DNA of 64,000 nucleotides from Nitrospinaceae bacterium (GTDB lineage Bacteria; Nitrospinota; Nitrospinia; Nitrospinales; Nitrospinaceae): NCBI GenBank assembly GCA_965223665.1, contig OZ245011.1, positions 1,344,001 to 1,408,000 of the forward strand, read 5' to 3'. Shown piece by piece: positions 57,929 to 64,000 of this stretch (position 1 is its first letter; each line of letters starts with the position of its first letter). The notes under the pieces were generated by a model. It saw only the letters and a program-made list of their open reading frames with translations, ran no database searches and was not told where the DNA came from. The position numbers and the translations under genes were made by a program.

Positions 57929-58953
57929 GGCAAGGATCTTTCGCCTCGCGAGAACGCTCCATCCGGGTAAGCTTTGTGGTTTGAATTGGATATCCGGCTC
58001 CCGCCTTTTTGAGAATGCTCGCCAACCGTTGCCTTCTTGTTGCCCTCGGCCTCCTCCTTTTAGCTATCGATTTAATGAAAATATAAAGGGTGAATTCTAC
58101 GGATTCATTAAAATTATCACTAATTTTTGTGGTGCTGAAATGCTTCGAACGTTTTCCCAGAGATCCTTTGCTCTCTCAATTTAATTTTGTGAATTGTTTT
58201 TCTGGTATCCATCTCCATCGGCAAACTATCGAATAGAATACTGGTGGATTTAAGTAATTATCTCCATAGGGATTCAATTCAATTTTGAGAGAGAAAACCT
58301 TTTCATTGTTCGAAATAATTCAAAATTGTTTTCTGCCAATTTTCGTTGGGATCCCTCACTTTTATTCATTGGTTAAAAAGAAATTCGGGTGGATTGGATT
58401 CTGCTCCATGGGATGATCTGTTTCTAAAATCTTTCTGTATCTCTATTTAACTTTTACTTTTCTTTCGAATGGGAATCTGGTGAGTGAAGATTTAAAAGCG
58501 TCGATTTAATTGTTTTATTTTTAAAGTTTTTTTCGTCGTTGCGCACCACCACAGCCTCATCTGGTCAACCTCCGGTTGGGTTCCCTATTTTTATTTATAA
58601 GATGACATGAGATTAGGATTGATTGTGGAATCATCAATAATTTTTTGGGCATCGTTTTTGGATTCAGTTCCTGATGCATAGGAATAAAACACCTCAGCTC
58701 TTTTTTGGAAAGTGAGCTTTATGAATACACAAAATTATAAATCACTGAAGGTAAATCACCCCAGCCCTTTTTAGAAAAGAGGGAGCACATCGAACTCTTT
58801 TTATTATTTTCTGCGTTTTGTTCAAAGCTCTTTTTATGTAATGGTCGTTTTTTAAAAGGATGTTGTTTAAGATTTTTGGTTCGATTCTGGATTCGGCGTT
58901 CGAGGTTTATGTCGTTTCCTTTGACATGTTTCTTTTGATGAAAGGATGGGTTT

Positions 58954-60060
58954 ATGCCTAACCGTTTAATTAAGGAGTCGATTTGGACAAGTGAATCGCT
59001 TGGTCAGTGTTCCATTGGCGCCAACAATTTGTTTAAGAGTCTCCTTCCCAACACGGACGATTATGGTTGCTTCGACGCGCGGGCGGCGGTGCTCCGCGGT
59101 AAATTGTTCCCGCTAATGCTCCACCGGGTCAGCGAAAAAAATATCATCGGCTGGCTTGATGAACTGGTCCGCGTAGACTGCATTCGTCTTTGGACGGCTC
59201 CCAATGGAATTATGTATGGTTGGATGCCAGGGTTCAATTCACATAATGATATTAAGAACCAACACTCGCCGAAAACGCCCTGCCCTCCCTGGCTGCAGGA
59301 TGAAAAGGGAAACGATTCGCGACTTCCGACCAAAACCAAAGAAGCGTTCCAAAAATTAAGTCAGGCTTTAAAGTTATACCGACACCAGTCTCACGCCGAA
59401 AATCATGGCGGCAAAACTCCGACCTACCGAGAACTTCAGGCAATGACGGGCTGCAGCATGTCCACCATTTCCAAATTCTTTAAAGAGAGGGATTTAACGT
59501 CGCCGCTCCAGTTGGCTACAGATGCTCCGGTTGCTACGGACAGGAATCATAATCATAATCCTAATCTTAATCCTGAGAGTCTTTCTTCTTGTCGCGCTTC
59601 CAAAAAACCGAAGGCGCGACGGGATAAGTTTTCTGAGTGGGATTTGGAGTTTGCGAAGCGAATGCAACAGGACCTGCTGCAACTGAACCCAGGAGCCAAG
59701 TTAGCGGCCCCCGAAACCTGGGCGAACGAGCTGCGCCTGATGGGGGAGGCAGATGGTCGCTCCCAAGAATCAATAAAAGCAGTGTGGCGGTTTGCGAATT
59801 CAAATCCGTTTTGGCAATCGAATATCCTTTCGGCCCGCAAACTTCGCGAAAAGTTTGACCAGCTGACGCTGAAGATGAAGAGTCCCCCGGGAGCCAAAAC
59901 ATCGGAGGAAAAAATGATGAGCTCGTTTGAGCGTAAGCGCAACACGATTTTGAATCTCAAAGATCCTACGATTATTAAATCTAAGGAGGTGACACGTGAC
60001 CCCAACGAAGAAACTATTGACGTGGCGGGTGTTTCAGGAAGGACTGGCCTGGCTGGTTAG
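58954..60060 (+). CDS. Phage-type replication initiator (replisome organiser / lambda O-like C-terminus)
   Basis: N-terminal MPNRLIKESIWTS...LF..LL..TDDYGCF; low-complexity NHNHNPNLNP linker; C-terminal WANELRLM...DGR......FWQSNILSARKLREKFDQL. Confidence 0.8.
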   Translation: MPNRLIKESIWTSESLGQCSIGANNLFKSLLPNTDDYGCFDARAAVLRGKLFPLMLHRVSEKNIIGWLDELVRVDCIRLWTAPNGIMYGWMPGFNSHNDIKNQHSPKTPCPPWLQDEKGNDSRLPTKTKEAFQKLSQALKLYRHQSHAENHGGKTPTYRELQAMTGCSMSTISKFFKERDLTSPLQLATDAPVATDRNHNHNPNLNPESLSSCRASKKPKARRDKFSEWDLEFAKRMQQDLLQLNPGAKLAAPETWANELRLMGEADGRSQESIKAVWRFANSNPFWQSNILSARKLREKFDQLTLKMKSPPGAKTSEEKMMSSFERKRNTILNLKDPTIIKSKEVTRDPNEETIDVAGVSGRTGLAG

Positions 60061-60385
60061 TTGTAACGGACCAAACCTGGACCAGAAAACAGCGGAGGTT
60101 TGGTTCGAGATGCTTCAGCATATTACGGACGCTGATTTTGTGTGGGCGGTGAAGGATCTGATCGGAAACGAGGAAAAGTTGCCAACCGTGAACTTTGTGT
60201 ATCAAATCAAAAAACGGGCACGGTACAGTGCGGACCTTCGACTGCGATGCAGACGGATTAATGATCTGCGGCGCCAGTTGATGGAGGTGCGGCCTTCTCC
60301 TGAGGAGGCGAAGAAAAATATTGAAGCGATCAAAAGGCGGTTGGTGATTAAATCGGTTCCGCCTGACAATGGAGGCGAGGCGTAA
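59996..60385 (+). CDS. Putative helicase loader/inhibitor (SPP1 G39P-like N-terminus)
   Basis: Overlaps the initiator's 3' end; AAGGAGG RBS; F...L..L.......AEVWFEML..I....F..AVK.LI......P pattern. Confidence 0.55.
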   Translation: MTPTKKLLTWRVFQEGLAWLVSCNGPNLDQKTAEVWFEMLQHITDADFVWAVKDLIGNEEKLPTVNFVYQIKKRARYSADLRLRCRRINDLRRQLMEVRPSPEEAKKNIEAIKRRLVIKSVPPDNGGEA

Positions 60386-60387
60386 CG

Positions 60388-60642
60388 ATGAATGACTTCA
60401 ACGATATTTTGAATCAATGTAAATTTTGTGAGTATTGGTCGGAGGTGCCGGAATCATTTTTTCACAACATGCGGGCCTGCCGGAAACTGACCTTCCATCC
60501 GGAATTCGACAAGATGGTCTACGAGGTGTATCTCTCGGAAGGTCGAGACTATCGACAACATGAGACAGGTCCGGAATTCGGATGCATTCATTTTACGCCT
60601 CGAAGAATTCCTTCTAATGGAAATGGGAAAGTCAGTGCATAA
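60388..60642 (+). CDS. Hypothetical phage-like Cys-containing protein
   Basis: CKFCEYW near the N-terminus and TGPEFGCIHF near the C-terminus; tightly coupled to the upstream gene. Confidence 0.55.
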   Translation: MNDFNDILNQCKFCEYWSEVPESFFHNMRACRKLTFHPEFDKMVYEVYLSEGRDYRQHETGPEFGCIHFTPRRIPSNGNGKVSA

Positions 60643-60660
60643 AGGTGACTCACCCTACCC

Positions 60661-60819
60661 CTCTTTAGGAAAGAAACCTTTGCGTAAGCCAGAAAATATA
60701 AAACCCATGGAGGTAAAATCCCCCTAACCCCCTTCACAAAGGGGGAATACATGGGGCTTCTTTTTTAATCTGTTGTGTTTTGATCTAAACCCGGGGTTAC
60801 GCAAAACTCTCTTTAGGAA
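60661..60819. repeat. Candidate MITE / small palindromic element with flanking direct repeat
   Basis: CTCTTTAGGAA at 60661-60671 and 60809-60819; subterminal inverted repeat TTTGCGTAA / TTACGCAAA; internal hairpin CCCCCTT-CACA-AAGGGGG (60728-60745). Confidence 0.5.
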
Positions 60820-60866
60820 TGATGGAATACATCAATTTTCCCACTCACATAACTTTCTAAAGGAAA

Positions 60867-61157
60867 ATGATTTTGAATCGTTCTGGACCTTATGAAATAA
60901 ACGATATTGAGAAAGACATTCGCGCGGAGGATTTTCCTGAGGGCTCGTTACTGAACAAATTGTTGACCGCGGTCAAAGGGGAACATGCGGCGATTATTTG
61001 TTTGAAGGTCCTGGCTGAAGAAGCGGCGAAAGATCCGCAACGCCGGATTCATATCCGCAACTGGTCGGGTATCATTCGCAAAGCCAACGATCGGGATTTT
61101 AATAGAAAGACTCACTCGCCCCGGACAACGTCCGGAGGAAAAAATGATTTGCGATGA
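60867..61157 (+). CDS. Hypothetical protein
   Basis: 96-aa ORF with an AAGGA RBS. Confidence 0.55.
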   Translation: MILNRSGPYEINDIEKDIRAEDFPEGSLLNKLLTAVKGEHAAIICLKVLAEEAAKDPQRRIHIRNWSGIIRKANDRDFNRKTHSPRTTSGGKNDLR

Positions 61158-61311
61158 GTTATTGAGATCGCCGAATGTTCAGAGATTTTTCCTGGAAAAT
61201 TGGGAAAACCTCTAAAAAAAAACCTTTAGTTTACTCAAGTTTTTGTGATTATTCCCTCTGGTAAAAACAATTAACTAGTTTTAAAAATGGTGGCCACCAA
61301 GCCCATATTGT

Positions 61312-61440
61312 CTACCTACAAGGTGGACGTCGAGTGTACGACGTTACCAAACGGCCATTCCTAATAAACGGGCGAACCCGCACAGTTTTCAGCCGCGGTG
61401 GGCAGATTTTAGGGATTCCCTTAATGCGTTTTATAGGCAT
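61312..61440 (-). CDS. Small basic protein (42 aa)
   Basis: AAAGGA RBS upstream of the ATG at 61440; MPIKRIKGIPKICPPRLKTVRVRPFIRNGRLVTSYTRRPPCR. Confidence 0.45.
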   Translation of the reverse strand: MPIKRIKGIPKICPPRLKTVRVRPFIRNGRLVTSYTRRPPCR

Positions 61441-61618
61441 TTGTAGGGTTCCTTTTATTATTGCGAGAACTGAGAGTCTCACTTTCTCTCCGAGCGGTAT
61501 TGCTCGCGGCCTATCAAGCGAACCACTGGAGATAAACAGAAGAATGGTGGCCACCACCCGCCTTAATTATACGCTAAAAAAGTGCTAAAATGGGCCTATT
61601 CCGAAACAATTTTGGGGA

Positions 61619-62260
61619 TTGGGTGTGCTTAATAAATGGATTTGGTCTCTTCTTGGCGTTGGTATCAGTATGATGATTTTTGCGCAAGAATATCTTAATT
61701 TACATTTTCCGAAAATATTTTATGAATTGATTTTTATTGCAGGGCTTATTATTTTCTTATTCGCATTATTGCTTGGTTTTAGACAAGTTTTAATTTACAA
61801 AAATATCATACCAGATAAATATGATGCTAGCGAAATGTTGAAAGAAGCAGACGTTTTAATTAATTACGTTCCAATTGAAAAAGCCGTTTATCATGTGGCT
61901 AAATTTTTAAACCCTCAAATAAACTTTAGTCATTTACATATCACTAATGATTTAGGACCGGCTTGTGATTTGCTTGTTGAGAAGTTTAGAAACGGCGAAT
62001 TGATGGCTAAAGGTAAAAAAACAAATATTGTATTTGAAGGTGGACGAAAAAAATATAAAGCGCATTCAACAGATGAAAACATTGAGTTTTCTCAGGAAGA
62101 TTGGACTTATAGAACATTAAAGCCATTAGCCTCAACCATTACCTATCAAGAGGATGCGCAAACAGAATCTTACGGGAGTGAAGAAGATTTAACTCAGTTG
62201 ACAGCTTTAAAGGTTGATTTTAATAAAGTAAAAAAACTATGGCCTGTAGAAAATACTTAA
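61619..62260 (+). CDS. Hypothetical protein with two N-terminal TM helices
   Basis: 213-aa AT-rich ORF. Confidence 0.6.
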   Translation: MGVLNKWIWSLLGVGISMMIFAQEYLNLHFPKIFYELIFIAGLIIFLFALLLGFRQVLIYKNIIPDKYDASEMLKEADVLINYVPIEKAVYHVAKFLNPQINFSHLHITNDLGPACDLLVEKFRNGELMAKGKKTNIVFEGGRKKYKAHSTDENIEFSQEDWTYRTLKPLASTITYQEDAQTESYGSEEDLTQLTALKVDFNKVKKLWPVENT

Positions 62261-62327
62261 GCCTAAAAAAGGCTAGAAAAAAGAGTCAAATCAAAACCAA
62301 ATTTTTATTTTCCTTATTTATTAAGCC

Positions 62328-62741
62328 ATGAACCGAAATGAACACATTGAAGAAGAGTTTGTTCGGTCTTTTGTCATCAAACTCAAACGGGAGCGCGCGC
62401 TTTTCGATTTGGCCTCTCCTAAAAAGCGCGACCGATTCCTCAGCAAGCTTTGCCACGAATTCTATGAAATTCTGGACGATCGCTACCTGGAGAAAATACA
62501 AAATTCCTTTGCCGACGACACTCATCAATTGCTTAAAACACACGGCGCTCCGGAAAATTGTTACGTCTTATCATTTAATGAAACCGTCGATGGAAAGGAG
62601 CTTCCCCTTGCCGAGGCGTTAAGCCAAGTGGTGCACTACGGCATGCCGTCTATCGTGATATGCATCCCCGGAAAACTGGCTTACTTTGAAGCTGAGCAAA
62701 GTTACGGCCCTCCGCCTCGTTTTCTATTGAAACGTACCTGA
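62328..62741 (+). CDS. Hypothetical protein
   Basis: 137-aa ORF with globular composition; family not recognised. Confidence 0.65.
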   Translation: MNRNEHIEEEFVRSFVIKLKRERALFDLASPKKRDRFLSKLCHEFYEILDDRYLEKIQNSFADDTHQLLKTHGAPENCYVLSFNETVDGKELPLAEALSQVVHYGMPSIVICIPGKLAYFEAEQSYGPPPRFLLKRT

Positions 62742-63112
62742 TGAGAAAAAGAAAACGAGGAGTTTGATGCGAGTAGGAGTTGGTTCTATTTATAGGGGAA
62801 TTTTTCGTGATGGCCTGGGAAAGGATCCGCTCGAAAAAGAGAACCTTAATAACCCCTTTTTAGGTGTTATTATTGTAGAAATATTAATCAGGGTATTCCC
62901 GTTTGGGCTAATTCAGAAAGTCCTTTAAATACCCCACTCTCTCAGGACATTATATTATATATATTTACAGAGTTATCCCCAACTCGATATTACTTTTATA
63001 TAACTTTTACCATTTAAAACTTGTATAAGTTTTATAAATGTTATATTGTTCTCAATAATTGTTTTATCCATTTTTCCTCAATTAATATCAAATTCTAAAG
63101 TGGGAGACTCGA

Positions 63113-63670
63113 GTGATGAGATTAAACACATTATTGAAACCGATCCACCTGTTCCTTTTGGCCGCAGCTTTTGCGGGATGCTCGCACAGTCCCGAGCCCG
63201 CTTCGACCGCGACCCAGGACACCTTGTCCGATGCCAACATCGCCGCCATTGTGGTGGGGGCCAATAAAATTGATATTTCCGCTGGGAAAATTGCTTTGGA
63301 CCGGTCGACCAATCCCAAGGTTAAAGAGTTTGCTCAACGCATGGTCACCGATCACCAATCGGTTTTGGACTCTGCGGTCCAATTGGCCACACGCCTGGGC
63401 GTGACTCCGGTGGATAACGATTTGGTGCACACCCTGGCCAGACAGTCCACCGAGCACGAAGCGAAATTGAAAACGCTTTCCGGTAAAGAGTTCGACAAAA
63501 CTTACATCGATCACGAAGTGGCTTATCACGAAGCGGTGATCAATGTGGTCAAAACCCAATTAATTCCCGGAGCGGACAATAAAGAATTGAAAGACACGTT
63601 GACCTCCGTGCTTCCTGCGTTTGACGCGCATTTGGCTCACAGTAAAACTGTGCAGGCAAGCCTCCAATGA
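63113..63670 (+). CDS. DUF4142 (ferritin-like fold) lipoprotein
   Basis: Lipobox FAGC; AN..DI..GK.AL.RS.NP.VKEFA.RMV.DH, L..LSG.EFD..YID.EV.YH, HL.H. Confidence 0.88.
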   Translation: MMRLNTLLKPIHLFLLAAAFAGCSHSPEPASTATQDTLSDANIAAIVVGANKIDISAGKIALDRSTNPKVKEFAQRMVTDHQSVLDSAVQLATRLGVTPVDNDLVHTLARQSTEHEAKLKTLSGKEFDKTYIDHEVAYHEAVINVVKTQLIPGADNKELKDTLTSVLPAFDAHLAHSKTVQASLQ

Positions 63671-64000
63671 TACAGAGGTGGTTCAAAGGGGCAAGGGTCG
63701 TTCCGGTTGGGTTCGGAGCGGCTCTTCCCTTTTTAATAATGGCGCTTACGGCTTGTGGCCATTCGGTTTCTTCACCTGACACTTTACCGAAACCGGCCAC
63801 GCATCACATTGTCATTAAAAAGTTTAAGTTTTTACCGAAAACCTTAACCGTGGCCCCGGGGGACACCGTGAAATGGGAAAACCAGGACATTGTCCCGCAT
63901 CAAATCGCAGAAGGCTCGCTGCAGCAATGGAAATCTCAAGAGCTAAAAGCGAAAGACATATTCACCCGTCAAATCGAAGGAGAGGTTTCCTATATTTGCA
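63667..64000 (+). CDS. Cupredoxin (amicyanin/plastocyanin-like) lipoprotein, truncated by the window end; missing from the ORF track
   Basis: ATG overlaps the DUF4142 stop. My translation: ...ALTACGHS...HHIVIKKFKFLPKTLTVAPGDTVKWENQDIVPHQI...VSYIC, giving the first His and the Cys of a type-1 copper site. Confidence 0.85.
   Translation, partial: MIQRWFKGARVVPVGFGAALPFLIMALTACGHSVSSPDTLPKPATHHIVIKKFKFLPKTLTVAPGDTVKWENQDIVPHQIAEGSLQQWKSQELKAKDIFTRQIEGEVSYIC

Larger units (their letters stand above)
57929..64000. mobile_element. Left end of an integrated element (prophage, satellite or genomic island) inserted at tRNA-Glu; continues beyond the window
   Basis: Bounded by the tRNA 3' duplication; visibly higher GC in several ORFs; phage-type replication genes. 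Confidence 0.72.

Noticed and set aside
57885-57960. Intact tRNA-Glu gene
   Set aside because: The 5' anticodon stem (TTGCC) does not pair properly with GCCGG, and there is no D arm or GTCCCC 5' acceptor strand. It is a fragment only.
57810-58184. 124-aa ORF in the track spanning the att site
   Set aside because: WRPQRDSNPRRRRER is the typical antisense translation of a tRNA 3' end, so this is not a credible protein.
61334-61588. 84-aa plus-strand ORF, and the 81-aa long form of the minus-strand ORF
   Set aside because: Neither has a convincing RBS; the 42-aa minus-strand form with an AAAGGA RBS is the better call.
1-64000. CRISPR array, rRNA genes, transposase or integrase
   Set aside because: No regularly spaced repeat-spacer pattern, no rRNA-like sequence and no recognisable recombinase ORF were seen in this window.

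Overview
AT-rich bacterial chromosomal window. The host may be a Nitrospinota-like diderm, but that is a low-confidence impression from the protein repertoire. Bases 1-8.6 kb and 17.5-22.6 kb carry mostly ordinary genes: a cytochrome b, a glutaredoxin-like protein, a pterin dehydratase, two DUF2167 paralogs, lysA, speA, an XRE regulator, a GT2, suhB, mnmA and rsmD. Four accessory units are embedded. (1) Two paralogous TonB-dependent receptor / YfiR-family / periplasmic-sensor-HAMP histidine kinase operons (8.6-13.8 kb and 26.4-31.0 kb, both on the minus strand). (2) A minimal azol(in)e RiPP cluster (13.9-17.4 kb): a Cys-rich precursor, an E1-like cyclodehydratase partner, YcaO and a SagB-type dehydrogenase, with no protease or exporter. 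It is divergent from the first signalling operon. (3) An apparently complete extracellular contractile injection system (eCIS, Afp/PVC/AlgoCIS-like, 31.9-57.7 kb), divergent from the second signalling operon. It encodes a ~1860-aa DUF4157 protein that appears to combine a CHAP-like cysteine hydrolase, a beta-beta-alpha-metal nuclease and a helix-hairpin-helix tail, with no adjacent immunity gene. (4) A 3' tRNA-Glu fragment (att site) at 57.9 kb marks the edge of a more GC-rich integrated element that runs off the right end and carries a phage-type replication module and cargo genes. All family calls are from motif recognition by eye; no searches were run.
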